Assembly (NCBI GenBank): GCA_021776235.1
Contig: JAJFGG010000086.1
Coordinates: forward strand, 20,668-84,667
DNA length: 64,000 bases
Source of the DNA: Alphaproteobacteria bacterium
GTDB taxonomy: Bacteria; Pseudomonadota; Alphaproteobacteria; GCA-2731375
Direction of reading: 5' to 3'
The position numbers and the translations under genes are program-made. How positions within the stretch are numbered: the first letter of the stretch is position 1; the number at the start of each line of letters is the position of its first letter. Of this stretch, positions 19,062 to 29,359 are shown piece by piece. The notes beneath the pieces were generated by a model. The model did no database searches, was not told where the DNA came from, and saw nothing but the letters and a program-made list of their open reading frames with translations.

Positions 19062-19943
19062 ATGCCCGCGTCCTTTGCGCCAGGCCTCTACGTGGTCGCG
19101 ACCCCCATCGGCAATGCCCGTGACATCACCCTGCGGGCGCTGGATCTGCTGCAGAGCGCGGATGTCATCGCCTGCGAGGATACCCGAGTTACCCGCAAAC
19201 TATTAATCATCCATGGCATTGACCGCCCAACCCTAGCCTATCACGACCACAATGCCGCCCGCGTTCGTCCGCGTCTTATGGAGCGCCTGATAAAGGGCGA
19301 AATTGTGGCGCTTGTCAGCGATGCGGGCACGCCTCTGATCTCGGACCCCGGCTACCGCCTGGTCAAGGAAGCCCACAAGGCCGGCGTCGCCGTGACCGCG
19401 CTGCCGGGCGCCTCGGCACCATTGGCCGCCCTGGCCAGCGCCGGATTGCCGACGGACAAGTTTTTGTTCGCGGGGTTCCTGCCCAGTAAAAGTGTGGCCC
19501 GCCGACGGGCACTGAGCGAGCTGGCAGCCATATCCGCTACTCTGGTTTTCTTCGAATCGGCACCGCGTTTGGCCGCGTCATTGACCGACATGACGGCCGA
19601 ACTGGGCCCGCGCGAGGCCGCCGTGCTACGCGAACTGACGAAAAAATTTGAAGAAGCCCGGCACGGCAACCTGCCCGATTTGGCCAGCCATTATCAGGCC
19701 GAGGGGCCACCAAAAGGCGAAATCGTCGTCCTGGTGGCGCCCCCCGAGGCCCCGGGGGTCATCTTGGACGAGGGGCAAATTGATGATTTGCTGCTGACCG
19801 CACTGGATCAGGGCAGCGTCCGGGATGCCGCCGCTGCCCTGGCCGAACGTACGGGCCTGCCCCGCCGGACCTTGTACAACCGGGCGTTGGCCTTGCGCGC
19901 CGGCACGCGCGACGACCTGCGCCCGCGTACGGAGGATGAATAG
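19062..19943 (+). CDS. rsmI: 16S rRNA (cytidine1402-2'-O)-methyltransferase
   Basis: LYVVATPIGN, CEDTRVT, VSDAGTPLISDPG, RELTKKFEE, KGEIV. Start 19047 or 19062. Confidence 0.95.
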   Translation: MPASFAPGLYVVATPIGNARDITLRALDLLQSADVIACEDTRVTRKLLIIHGIDRPTLAYHDHNAARVRPRLMERLIKGEIVALVSDAGTPLISDPGYRLVKEAHKAGVAVTALPGASAPLAALASAGLPTDKFLFAGFLPSKSVARRRALSELAAISATLVFFESAPRLAASLTDMTAELGPREAAVLRELTKKFEEARHGNLPDLASHYQAEGPPKGEIVVLVAPPEAPGVILDEGQIDDLLLTALDQGSVRDAAAALAERTGLPRRTLYNRALALRAGTRDDLRPRTEDE

Positions 19944-19945
19944 AT

Positions 19946-20332
19946 TTGGCCAAGGCAGGGGCGAAGGAAGCGGCGCGAAGGCCACGTCGGCGGGCATATC
20001 GCGCCGGACGCAGGGCGGAAATGCTTGCTGCGGCGTTGTTGCGCTTGAAGGGCTATCGCATATTGGCCAGAGATTATCGTGCAGGCGTCGGCGAATTGGA
20101 TATAGTGGCCCGGCGGGGCCGTTTATTGGCGGTGGTCGAGGTGAAACGGCGGCCCGACATGGCCGCCGCCTTGGCGGCTGTGACCGCGCGGCAGCAACGG
20201 CGCATCGCCCGTGCCGCGCAGGCGTTTCTCGCAAGCCATATGGGTCTTGGTGACTTGGATATTCGTTTCGATGTAATAGTGGTGCGGCCCCATCGTCCGC
20301 CAAGGCATATTAAGGATGCCTGGCGGCCTTGA
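19946..20332 (+). CDS. yraN: YraN family (UPF0102) predicted endonuclease
   Basis: GxxAE, GELDIVA, VEVKxR and RFDV motifs. Directly after rsmI. Confidence 0.9.
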   Translation: MAKAGAKEAARRPRRRAYRAGRRAEMLAAALLRLKGYRILARDYRAGVGELDIVARRGRLLAVVEVKRRPDMAAALAAVTARQQRRIARAAQAFLASHMGLGDLDIRFDVIVVRPHRPPRHIKDAWRP

Positions 20333-20402
20333 TATGCCTTGGCGGGCGATGGGGCCGGCGGTGGAATCTGGCGATGTCGGTGGATTGGCGGGAGGTGTGT
20401 AG

Positions 20403-21008
20403 ATGAAATCGTGGTCCGGGAAACTTTGCCTAGGCGTAACCTTGGCTGTTCTGGCAGGGGGACTGGGCGGCTGCGCTTCGGCCTTGATTGGAGCCGGAGC
20501 CACGGTCGGCGTGGCCGCTGCCCAGGAACGCTCGGTCGGTAGCGCCATGGATGATACCGCGATCCAGGCCGAGGTAAATCACTACCTGCTGCAGCGTTCG
20601 GAGACCTTGTTCGCCAACGTTGATATCGAGGTGGTGGAAGGCCGGGTCCTGTTGACCGGGAATGTAGACAAGCCCGAGGAGCGGGTGGAAGCCGCCCGCA
20701 TGGCATGGCAGGCCACGGATGTCCGCGAGGTTCTAAATGAGCTTGAAATCAACGATCAAAGCTCGCTCCGCGATTATGGCAAGGATATCTGGATTACCAC
20801 CCAGTTGAAGGTCAAATTGCTGGGCGATGCCGATCTTGCGGCGATCAACTATACCGTCGACACCTTAAATGGCGTGGTCTACCTGTTTGGTATCGCTCAA
20901 TCACAGGCCGAACTGGACCGCGCCATCGGCCATGCCCGCAATGTCAAAGGCGTCAGCAGGGTGGTCAGCCATGTGATCCTGAAAGACGATCCGAGACGAA
21001 ATTCATAA
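20403..21008 (+). CDS. dual-BON domain lipoprotein (YraP/DolP-like)
   Basis: Lipobox LGGC, ERSxG..DD, GRVLLTG, DxWITT, GVVYLFG. Sits in the yra locus. Confidence 0.88.
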   Translation: MKSWSGKLCLGVTLAVLAGGLGGCASALIGAGATVGVAAAQERSVGSAMDDTAIQAEVNHYLLQRSETLFANVDIEVVEGRVLLTGNVDKPEERVEAARMAWQATDVREVLNELEINDQSSLRDYGKDIWITTQLKVKLLGDADLAAINYTVDTLNGVVYLFGIAQSQAELDRAIGHARNVKGVSRVVSHVILKDDPRRNS

Positions 21009-21098
21009 GCGGCGCCCGATGCAGGCGGTAGATCAGAACCGGCGCAACAACATCAGCGCACCGCAAACGGCGCACTGTAACAGCGAAAAGGAGCAGCC

Positions 21099-22037
21099 AT
21101 GAGCCTTGCCGTGGCCATACAGATGGATGCGATTGAGCCCATCGACATTGATGCCGACAGCACCTTTGCCCTGGCCGAGGAAGCGCAGCGCCGCGGCCAT
21201 CGCCTGTACCATTACCTGGTCAAGGACCTGAGCCTGAAAACAGGCCGTGTCGTGGCCTGGGGCCGAAGCCTGGAAGTGCGCCGCGAATTGGGCAATCATG
21301 CCACCCTGGGCCCGCTGGAGGAAATCGATTTGGCCCAGATGGACGTGGTTCTGATGCGTCAGGATCCGCCCTTCGACATGGCCTATATCACCGCCACCCA
21401 TGTGCTGGAACATATCCATCCCAAGACCCTCGTCGTGAACGATCCGGCCAGTGTCCGCAACGCGCCCGAAAAGCTGTTCGTGACCCATTTCCCAGATTTG
21501 ATGCCACCCACCCTGATCACGGCCAATGGCGACGAGATAAAGGCTTTTCGCGAGGCGCATCAGGACATTATCGTCAAGCCGCTGTTCGGCAACGGGGGCG
21601 CCGGGGTGTTTCATATTCAGCCGGGCGACGAAAATCTCACGGCCCTGATCGAGATGTTTACTGAACGCTCCCGCGAGCCGATCATCGTGCAAGGTTACCT
21701 GCCCGCCGTGCGCCTTGGCGACAAGCGGGTCATTCTGGTTGATGGTGAAGCCGTGGGGGCCATTAATCGGGTGCCGGCAGAGGGTGAGGCGCGTTCGAAC
21801 ATGCATGTGGGCGGTACGCCGCTAAAAAGCGAATTGACCGCCCGGGATTTGGAGATCTGCCGCGCCATCGGACCGGTTCTGAAGGAACAGGGCATGATTT
21901 TTGTCGGCATCGACGTGATCGGCGACTATCTGACTGAAATCAACGTTACCTCGCCCACGGGCATTCAGGAATGCAGTCGATTTGACGGCAGTGACCTATC
22001 GGGCCTGATCTGGGATGCCATCGAAGGCCGCCGTTAG
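21099..22037 (+). CDS. gshB: glutathione synthetase
   Basis: [50 protein letters not shown]. Confidence 0.97.
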   Translation: MSLAVAIQMDAIEPIDIDADSTFALAEEAQRRGHRLYHYLVKDLSLKTGRVVAWGRSLEVRRELGNHATLGPLEEIDLAQMDVVLMRQDPPFDMAYITATHVLEHIHPKTLVVNDPASVRNAPEKLFVTHFPDLMPPTLITANGDEIKAFREAHQDIIVKPLFGNGGAGVFHIQPGDENLTALIEMFTERSREPIIVQGYLPAVRLGDKRVILVDGEAVGAINRVPAEGEARSNMHVGGTPLKSELTARDLEICRAIGPVLKEQGMIFVGIDVIGDYLTEINVTSPTGIQECSRFDGSDLSGLIWDAIEGRR

Positions 22038-22063
22038 ATGATCATGCCACCGGATTTGCCAAT

Positions 22064-22098
22064 ACCGGAGTTGTCGGACTGTCGGATGTGACTCCGGT
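22064..22098. terminator. possible hairpin between convergent gshB and MCP genes
   Basis: ACCGGAGT (22064-22071) and ACTCCGGT (22091-22098) form an inverted repeat. No clear U-tract. Confidence 0.3.
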
Positions 22099-22118
22099 CA
22101 AAACAGATGCGGATTTAG

Positions 22119-24197
22119 TCAGCCGGCCCTGACTTTGCCGAGGAAACCATCCACCGCAATCCTCAGGGTATCGGATTGTTGGGCCAGACCCGATGCTGCC
22201 GTTTCGACGTTGCCAGCCGCGCCGCCGGTGCGTGAGTTGGCCTCGGTGACGGCGCCGATGCCGTCCGAGACGCGCTGGGTCGCAACCGAGGCTTCCTGAA
22301 TGCTGCGGCTGATTTCGCCTGTGGCGGCATTTTGCTGCTCCACCGCGGCAGCGATGGCCGAGGCGATTTCATTCACCTGATTGATGGTTTGGGAAATGCT
22401 GCCCATGGATTGCACGAAACCGTTCGTGGATTCTTGCACGCCGGCAATTTGGCTGGAAATTTCATCGGTGGCACTGGCCGTTTGATTGGCCAGATTTTTC
22501 ACTTCCGAGGCGACCACGGCAAAGCCCTTACCGGCATCGCCGGCGCGGGCCGCTTCAATGGTGGCATTCAGGGCCAGCAAATTGGTCTGGGAGGCGATAT
22601 CGTTGATCATCTCGATGACATTGCCAATTTTTTCCGCGTTTTCAGACAGTGCGGCAATCTCAGTATTGGTTTGCCCGGCCTCGTCGGCGGCCATTTGGGT
22701 GATGTTGGCGCATTCGGCAACCTGGTTGCTGACCTCACGCAGAGACGCCGACAATTCCTCCGAGGCGGAGGCCACGGTCTGCACGTTGCTGCTGGCTTCC
22801 TCGGCCGCCTTGGCCACCGTCGCGCTTTGGCTCATGGACTGATCCGCGTTTTCGGTCAGCGTCTGGGCCGAGTTTTCCATTTCGACGGCTGCTTGCGAGA
22901 CAGCATTGACGACGCCGCCGATCTGGCTGTCGAAGTTATCCGCCATTGTCGAGGCGGCCTGCTTCTTCTCCTCAACCGCCCGCCGCTCATTTTCGACTTG
23001 CTCGGACTGCAGGCGGGCGACCTCGAGGGCGTTCTGTTTGAAAACTTCGACGGCCTGGGCCATTTTGCCAATCTCGTCCTTGCGCGAGATGCCGGCTATT
23101 TCCGATTCAAGGTCACCCTCGGCCAGGCGTCCCATGGCCGAAGTCATTTGGTGTAAAGGTGAAACGATGCTGACTTTAACCATAAACAAAGCGGCAAGGG
23201 CGAATATGATTCCGACGATTGAGATGGCGCCGGATAGCAACAGTTCAGTGTTCGCCTTATCAATAGACGCCGTCAGATGGCCATTGTGCTCCGCCATCAT
23301 CAATTCCGTGAGTCTTTCGATCACGCCAGTCGCGGAGGTGCTTGCGGCAAGCCACTCCTGCAGGGAAACAGGGTAGTCGTCGGCCTGTAGACCCGCGTTG
23401 ACAGCAGCATGCCGTGCCGCAAGGTAGTCGTCGTCCACCAAGGCGCGGCCGGTCTCGAACTCTGCGAGGAGCTTGGGCAGGCCCATGGTCTTGATGTTTT
23501 CCGAGACGAAGCGCCACAGGGTCGTGAATTGGCCGCTCAAGCCCGACAATTCCTTCAAACTGCTGGGAGAAATGGGAAGTTCGTCGTAAATCAACGCTGC
23601 AAGCAGCCCGCGTTCCTGATCGATCAGGGATGCTGCCATGATGGCCGCACCCTTGATTTCAGAGAAGCGACCGGTCATGGGGTCCAATGCGGCCGCATGC
23701 GAGGATATTTCGCGCCGGGCGCCGGCGAGCACAAGAATTGTCGAAGCTGCCGACTGCTGCCAGGCGGAGCGTGTCGCCGGGTCGCGGTCCTCTACGGCGT
23801 TGCCCAGATCGCCGATCATGGCTTCGCGCTGCTGGCGGAAATCCGTCAAAGCGGTTTCGAAGGCTGCGCCGAAGCCCGAATGCGTCGGCTGATTGTCGCT
23901 GAAGACCGCATTGGCCGCGGCTGCCTGTGTTCCGGTCCGCGCCGATGCATTTGAAAGTTTTGCTTCCCACTGGGCGAGGCCGGACGGCTCGGTGTAAATG
24001 GCGCTGGCCATTACATCCGTCTCGCTAAGCATCGCCAAGGTCGTTACCGCCACCTGATCACTGGCAGCCACGACCGCCGATACGTCGAGGGTCAGACTTC
24101 GGCGCTTTAACGAATCAATGGCCGAAACCGTGGCAAAACCACCGATAATTAGCCCTAGAATGGCGATTACGGCAATGAGTTTGGCTTGGAGAGTCAT
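22119..24197 (-). CDS. methyl-accepting chemotaxis protein (TM-periplasmic sensor-TM-HAMP-MCP signal)
   Basis: Two TM segments, HAMP (DEIGKMA) and hairpin tip [31 protein letters not shown]. Start likely ATG 24197. Confidence 0.93.
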   Translation of the reverse strand: MTLQAKLIAVIAILGLIIGGFATVSAIDSLKRRSLTLDVSAVVAASDQVAVTTLAMLSETDVMASAIYTEPSGLAQWEAKLSNASARTGTQAAAANAVFSDNQPTHSGFGAAFETALTDFRQQREAMIGDLGNAVEDRDPATRSAWQQSAASTILVLAGARREISSHAAALDPMTGRFSEIKGAAIMAASLIDQERGLLAALIYDELPISPSSLKELSGLSGQFTTLWRFVSENIKTMGLPKLLAEFETGRALVDDDYLAARHAAVNAGLQADDYPVSLQEWLAASTSATGVIERLTELMMAEHNGHLTASIDKANTELLLSGAISIVGIIFALAALFMVKVSIVSPLHQMTSAMGRLAEGDLESEIAGISRKDEIGKMAQAVEVFKQNALEVARLQSEQVENERRAVEEKKQAASTMADNFDSQIGGVVNAVSQAAVEMENSAQTLTENADQSMSQSATVAKAAEEASSNVQTVASASEELSASLREVSNQVAECANITQMAADEAGQTNTEIAALSENAEKIGNVIEMINDIASQTNLLALNATIEAARAGDAGKGFAVVASEVKNLANQTASATDEISSQIAGVQESTNGFVQSMGSISQTINQVNEIASAIAAAVEQQNAATGEISRSIQEASVATQRVSDGIGAVTEANSRTGGAAGNVETAASGLAQQSDTLRIAVDGFLGKVRAG

Positions 24198-24309
24198 AGC
24201 GATAATCCCGGATTGGGCGTCGATAGCAACGCGCCTGAGCAACTTGATTGTTGATCAAAGTCGAGGCGATCGGCAAGTTCACCGCCGATCGCCTCGCTCC
24301 AATATTCAT

Positions 24310-24747
24310 TTAGTGCCCGGAGACCTTGGCCTTGACCTTGACAGGCCCGGATTTCTCGAAAAACAAGGTGAGTTTCACGGTGTCGCCTGGTTTCAGCTCT
24401 TTCTTCAGGTGACGCAGCATCAAGTGCTTGCCTCCTGCCTCGAGCACAAGCGGCTTGCCGGGCATAACCATGAAGACCGTCGCCGCGCCCATTCCACCAT
24501 GACCGCCTGCAGCATCGCCCTTTGCCGCGCCAAGCATGGCCTTTTTTGCCGCCTTGCTTTTAACGGCGTAAAGCTTGTCGCTGCCGCCCTCGATGTTGAT
24601 GACCATCTCGACCGACGCGACCTGACCATGCATTTCGATCTTTGGATCTGTGACATTGATCTTTGCGGCCGCGGCTGGGCCGACAAACATCATCGCAAGG
24701 CCAACGCCAATGAGAATCCTTTTAAGCATTGTAATGTTCTTCAGCAT
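24310..24747 (-). CDS. copper chaperone PCu(A)C family protein
   Basis: Signal peptide, D-x-L-x-x-V-x-S, M-x21-HLM, LKPGDTVKLTLFFEKSG C-terminus. Start 24747 or 24729. Confidence 0.75.
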   Translation of the reverse strand: MLKNITMLKRILIGVGLAMMFVGPAAAAKINVTDPKIEMHGQVASVEMVINIEGGSDKLYAVKSKAAKKAMLGAAKGDAAGGHGGMGAATVFMVMPGKPLVLEAGGKHLMLRHLKKELKPGDTVKLTLFFEKSGPVKVKAKVSGH

Positions 24748-25027
24748 AGTATTATTCCCAAATGAGTTGTTTGTAAGGGCTTTGTATCGAATGTTTCGTA
24801 ATATTTCGTTAATTGCCAAAATGATAAGGTGCCGCATCCGCAATAAGGTAGCCGTTCCGACCTGCATGAAGAGCCAGGGCTTAAGGTTGACCGGGAGTTT
24901 GGATATAAATGGTGTCTTTCGACAGTTCTTCGCGACTTTATCGCGGCGTTTTTTGTCTTGACGTTACTGGCGGATAGAGGCCGGTTGTCCTCCGGACTAC
25001 GCTATTCGTCTCGTCTTGGTGCGGGTC

Positions 25028-25897
25028 CTATGGGACGGCAAGTCGAGTGTTTCTCGCATGGTGCCGGCGGTAGTTGTCCAGGGCTGTCTCCCGGCCATGG
25101 ACGGCATAACAATAGACACAGCCGTGGGGACAGGTGTCATAGGCGCCGATGTCTCGGCTTTCGGCGCATAGACAGCCCGCCCGGTTGCCCTTTTGCCGGG
25201 CCGCAATATCGTGGCCGGCCAGGTCCGATAGCCGTTTGCTATCGATACATTGCGCCGCCGGACCGTCAATTTCCGGCTGGCTGCAGACGGTCAGGCGCAT
25301 GCGATGGTCGGCGGCGATGACCTGCAAATCCTCCAGAAGGGCCTGTTTTTCCTCCCATGCCGGATCCCGCCAGGTAAAGCCATGTTGCGTCGCCGCAAGA
25401 TCAAGGTTACGTCGGCTTTTGCGATAGATCTGCGCAAACGAGATACAGACTTCGTCCACGGCGCCGGTCAGGGCACCCGCCAGTTGCGCAAAGTTGCCCT
25501 GATGAAAGCCATGATCGGTCAAGCTGGTATAAAGGATGGGATCATATCGCCAGACGACGGCGCGTTCGCCATATTGTCTGGCCAGGCTGACGATCGAGGC
25601 GAGGGCCTGTTGCGCGGCAACCACCGATGGCTCCAAAGGCCGGGGATAGCCCGTCACTGTATATTGTACCATAAACGGCGCGCCCTGGGCCGCGACGGCG
25701 ATCAGGTTTTCCCGAAACGGTTCCATATTCCGGGTCCAAAAGACAAAACCATCGACCCCTTCGCCCCGCAATGGCACCTGGTAGGGCTTGCCGCCATAAG
25801 GATTGGCGACAACGGCATGCCCCGTGGCGAGGCGGCGGGCAAACCATTCAGAATAGAACGCCGGAATGTCCGTGCGATATGAGGCTGAAACAATCAT
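25028..25897 (-). CDS. DUF1848 family radical-SAM-like protein
   Basis: MIVSASYRTDIPAFY, VFWTRN, WRYDPI, and C-terminal CxCxxSxDIGxYxTCPHGCVYCYA. Confidence 0.88.
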   Translation of the reverse strand: MIVSASYRTDIPAFYSEWFARRLATGHAVVANPYGGKPYQVPLRGEGVDGFVFWTRNMEPFRENLIAVAAQGAPFMVQYTVTGYPRPLEPSVVAAQQALASIVSLARQYGERAVVWRYDPILYTSLTDHGFHQGNFAQLAGALTGAVDEVCISFAQIYRKSRRNLDLAATQHGFTWRDPAWEEKQALLEDLQVIAADHRMRLTVCSQPEIDGPAAQCIDSKRLSDLAGHDIAARQKGNRAGCLCAESRDIGAYDTCPHGCVYCYAVHGRETALDNYRRHHARNTRLAVP

Positions 25898-25999
25898 CGC
25901 CGCCCCTGCAGGCAAGATCAAAACGCAACGATATTGCACCACCGTGTCGGGATTGTCGAAATATTGCCGATTTCTGTTTGTGTTTCCGATATTTCCAAG

Positions 26000-26028
26000 G
26001 TTGCACACCGATTATTGCAGACCTATAT
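26000..26028 (+). promoter_or_regulatory. putative RpoH (sigma32) heat-shock promoter of dnaK
   Basis: GTTG(CAC)-N18-CCTATAT resembles the alphaproteobacterial RpoH consensus CTTG-N17/18-CYTATNT. Lies about 110 nt upstream of dnaK. Confidence 0.6.
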
Positions 26029-26138
26029 ACCTCGCATACGCGAAGCAACGTGTCGTCGCGTCGGAATCATTGACAACCGGGGATCCAGGCGGTGCTTAAG
26101 GGGCCGACCATCGATCTGCCAACGGAGGATTGTTAGAA

Positions 26139-28070
26139 ATGGGTAAAGTAATCGGTATTGATCTTGGAACCACCAACTCTTGCATCGCATTGATGGAGGG
26201 TGGCGACGGCAAGGTCGTCGAGAACGCAGAGGGTACACGGACGACGCCGTCCATCGTGGCATTTACCGAAGGTGACGATGGCGAAATGCTGGTGGGCCAG
26301 CCCGCGAAACGGCAGGCGGTCACCAATCCTGACGGCACCCTGTTTGCCATTAAGCGGCTGATTGGCCGCAGTTTCGATGGCAGGGCAGTCACGGAAATGC
26401 GTGAAAATGTGCCGTTCGAAATTATCAAAGCCGACAATGGCGATGCCTGGGTCTCCGTCCGGGACCAGAAATTCGCACCCAGCCAGATCAGTGCCTTCGT
26501 CCTGCAAAAGATGAAGGAAACGGCCGAGGCTTATTTGGGCGAGACTGTCGAGCAGGCCGTGATTACGGTACCGGCATATTTCAACGATTCCCAGCGTCAG
26601 GCGACCAAGGATGCGGGCAAGATTGCCGGCCTTGAAGTCTTGCGTATTATCAACGAGCCGACGGCGGCGGCATTGGCCTATGGCCTGGACAAGCAAAGCG
26701 ACGGCAAGACCATCGCAGTTTATGATCTGGGCGGCGGTACTTTTGATATCTCGATCCTGGAGATCGGCGACGGGGTGTTCGAGGTCAAGTCGACCAACGG
26801 CGACACCTTCCTGGGCGGCGAAGACTTCGATCTGGTGATCGTCGATTATCTGGCTGACGAGTTCAAAAAGGAAAACGGCATAGACCTGCGGCAGGACAAA
26901 TTGGCGCTGCAGCGGCTCAAGGAAGCGGCGGAAAAGGCCAAGATAGAGTTGTCCTCGGCGGTGCAGACCGAGGTCAACCTGCCCTTCATCACCGCCGATC
27001 AAAGCGGGCCGAAACATCTGACCATGAAACTGACCCGGGCCAAACTGGACGCCCTGGTGGATGAATTGGTTCAACGCACCCTGCCGCCGTTGAAGGCTGC
27101 GTTGAAGGACGCGTCCATGAGCGCCGGTGAAATTGACGAAGTGGTGCTGGTCGGCGGTATGACCCGGATGCCCAAGGTCATTGAATCGGTGAAAACCTTC
27201 TTCGGGCGCGAGCCCCACAAGGGTGTCAATCCGGACGAAGTGGTAGCGCTGGGCGCTGCAATCCAGGCCGGCGTCCTGCAGGGCGATGTCAAGGATGTCC
27301 TGTTGCTGGACGTCACGCCACTGTCGCTTGGCATTGAAACCCTGGGCGGTGTGTTCTCGAAGTTGATCGAACGCAACACGACCATCCCGACCAAGAAAAG
27401 CCAGACCTTCTCGACTGCCGAGGATGGCCAGTCGGCCGTGACTATCAGGGTCTTCCAGGGCGAGCGTGAAATGGCCGCTGACAACAAACTGCTGGGTCAG
27501 TTTGATCTGGTCGGCCTGCCGGCCGCACCGCGCGGCGTGCCGCAGATTGAAGTGACTTTCGATATTGATGCCAATGGCATCGTAAATGTCTCGGCCAAGG
27601 ACAAGGCGACTGGCAAGGAACAGCAGATCCGCATCCAGGCATCCGGCGGTTTGTCCGATAACGAGATCGAGACGATGGTGCAGGACGCCGAGGCGCACGC
27701 CGAGGAAGACCAGAAGCGCCGGGAAGAGGTTGAGACCAGAAACCAGGCTGATGCCCTGATCCATGCCACAGAAAAAAGTCTTTCTGAACTGGGCGATCAG
27801 GTGCCCGCCGACGAAAAAACCAGCCTTGAAGCCGCTGTGGCCGACCTGCGTACGGCCCTGGAAGGCGACGATATCGAAGCCATCAAATCCAAAAGCGAGA
27901 CTTTGATGCAAGCTTCGATGAAGCTGGGTGAAATGGCCTATCAGGCGCAACAGGAAGGCGATGGCGGCGATCCCGCGGCCGCGGCCGCTGATGATGCCGG
28001 CGCTGATGATGTCGTTGATGCCGACTTCGAGGAAGTCGACGACGATGACAAGAAAAGCACGTCCGCCTGA
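26139..28070 (+). CDS. dnaK: molecular chaperone DnaK
   Basis: [59 protein letters not shown] before ATG 26139. Confidence 0.99.
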   Translation: MGKVIGIDLGTTNSCIALMEGGDGKVVENAEGTRTTPSIVAFTEGDDGEMLVGQPAKRQAVTNPDGTLFAIKRLIGRSFDGRAVTEMRENVPFEIIKADNGDAWVSVRDQKFAPSQISAFVLQKMKETAEAYLGETVEQAVITVPAYFNDSQRQATKDAGKIAGLEVLRIINEPTAAALAYGLDKQSDGKTIAVYDLGGGTFDISILEIGDGVFEVKSTNGDTFLGGEDFDLVIVDYLADEFKKENGIDLRQDKLALQRLKEAAEKAKIELSSAVQTEVNLPFITADQSGPKHLTMKLTRAKLDALVDELVQRTLPPLKAALKDASMSAGEIDEVVLVGGMTRMPKVIESVKTFFGREPHKGVNPDEVVALGAAIQAGVLQGDVKDVLLLDVTPLSLGIETLGGVFSKLIERNTTIPTKKSQTFSTAEDGQSAVTIRVFQGEREMAADNKLLGQFDLVGLPAAPRGVPQIEVTFDIDANGIVNVSAKDKATGKEQQIRIQASGGLSDNEIETMVQDAEAHAEEDQKRREEVETRNQADALIHATEKSLSELGDQVPADEKTSLEAAVADLRTALEGDDIEAIKSKSETLMQASMKLGEMAYQAQQEGDGGDPAAAAADDAGADDVVDADFEEVDDDDKKSTSA

Positions 28071-28109
28071 TTTAGGTGCGCGCCATGTCAGCGTGGTCTT
28101 GTAACGAAC

Positions 28110-28139
28110 AGGCGCGGCTTCAGAAATGGGGCCGCGCTT
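28110..28139 (+). terminator. GC-rich hairpin between dnaK and dnaJ
   Basis: AGGCGCGGCTTC-loop-GGGGCCGCGCTT stem with G-U pairs. Weak U-tract. Confidence 0.35.
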
Positions 28140-28181
28140 CGCTATGCCTGCAGGCATGCCTTGGTTTAGGGGGCTGAAGTC

Positions 28182-29312
28182 GTGGCCGAGCAGGATTTAT
28201 ATGAATTGCTTGGCGTCGACCGCCAGGCTAGCCAGCCGGAGCTGAAAAAGGCCTATCGAAAACTGGCCATGCAATATCACCCGGACCGCAATCCGGGCGA
28301 TGCCGAGGCGGAAACCAGATTCAAGGAAATCTCCGTCGCCTATGACATCCTTTCGGATGAGGAAAAGCGTGACGCCTATGACCGGTTTGGCCATGCCGCG
28401 TTCCAGAACGGCGGCGGCGGCGGCTTTGAAGGTGGCTTCGGCACATCTTTCGCCGATGTCTTTGACGACCTTTTTGGCGAGTTCATGGGTGGCGGACGGC
28501 AGCGGCGCGGCGGCGGCGGCAACCGTGGCGCCGATTTACGTTACAATATGGAAATCTCCCTCGAAGAGGCTTTCAACGGCAAGGCGGCCAAGATCACCAT
28601 TCCCACCACGTCGGTCTGCGAAGGTTGCGAGGGCTCGGGAGCGGAAGCCGGCTCCAAGCCCAGTACCTGCACGACCTGTCAGGGCCACGGCAAGGTGCGG
28701 GCGCAGTCGGGCTTTTTTACGATTGAGCGGACCTGTCCCAATTGTGGCGGCGTGGGCCGGGTCATTTCCCATCCATGCAAAGATTGTTCGGGCGCCGGCC
28801 GGGTTGAAAAAGACAAAACCCTGTCGGTCAATATTCCGAAAGGCGTCGAGGACGGCACCCGCATCCGTCTGACCGGCGAGGGCGAGGCCGGGTTGCGTGG
28901 CGGCCCATCGGGTGATCTCTATATCTTTCTTACGCTAATGGCCCATGAAGTTTTCCAACGCGATGGCGCCAACATCTATTGCCGAGTGCCCATCGCCATG
29001 ACCACGGCGGCCCTCGGTGGTGATATCGACGTGCCGACCCTGGACGGGGGCCGGGTCGCGGTCTCCCTGCCTGAAGGTACCCAGACCGGGCGGCAGTTTC
29101 GGCTGCGGGGCAAGGGGATGCCGCAAATGCGGGGCCGGGGACAGGGCGATATGTATGTTCAGGCCGTCGTCGAAACCCCGGTCAATCTGTCGAAAGAGCA
29201 GAAGCACTTGTTGCAGGAATTCCAATCCTCGTTGGGCGACGGCGGCACCAGCCCGGAAAGCGAAGGCTTTTTCCAAAAAGCCAAGGAATTGTGGAACGAC
29301 ATTACGGATTAG
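28182..29312 (+). CDS. dnaJ: molecular chaperone DnaJ
   Basis: J domain with HPD, G/F-rich region, four CxxCxGxG zinc repeats. Confidence 0.98.
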   Translation: MAEQDLYELLGVDRQASQPELKKAYRKLAMQYHPDRNPGDAEAETRFKEISVAYDILSDEEKRDAYDRFGHAAFQNGGGGGFEGGFGTSFADVFDDLFGEFMGGGRQRRGGGGNRGADLRYNMEISLEEAFNGKAAKITIPTTSVCEGCEGSGAEAGSKPSTCTTCQGHGKVRAQSGFFTIERTCPNCGGVGRVISHPCKDCSGAGRVEKDKTLSVNIPKGVEDGTRIRLTGEGEAGLRGGPSGDLYIFLTLMAHEVFQRDGANIYCRVPIAMTTAALGGDIDVPTLDGGRVAVSLPEGTQTGRQFRLRGKGMPQMRGRGQGDMYVQAVVETPVNLSKEQKHLLQEFQSSLGDGGTSPESEGFFQKAKELWNDITD

Positions 29313-29359
29313 ACCCTATCGCGGGAACGGCGGTGCCAGCCGCTCCCAGGCTTGACTAT

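Noticed and set aside
25898-26138. CIRCE element upstream of dnaK
   Set aside because: No TTAGCACTC-N9-GAGTGCTAA-like repeat was found.
26133-28157. 674-aa ORF antisense to dnaK
   Set aside because: Long antisense frames opposite hsp70 genes are a familiar by-product of codon bias. There are no recognisable motifs, and dnaK explains the region fully.
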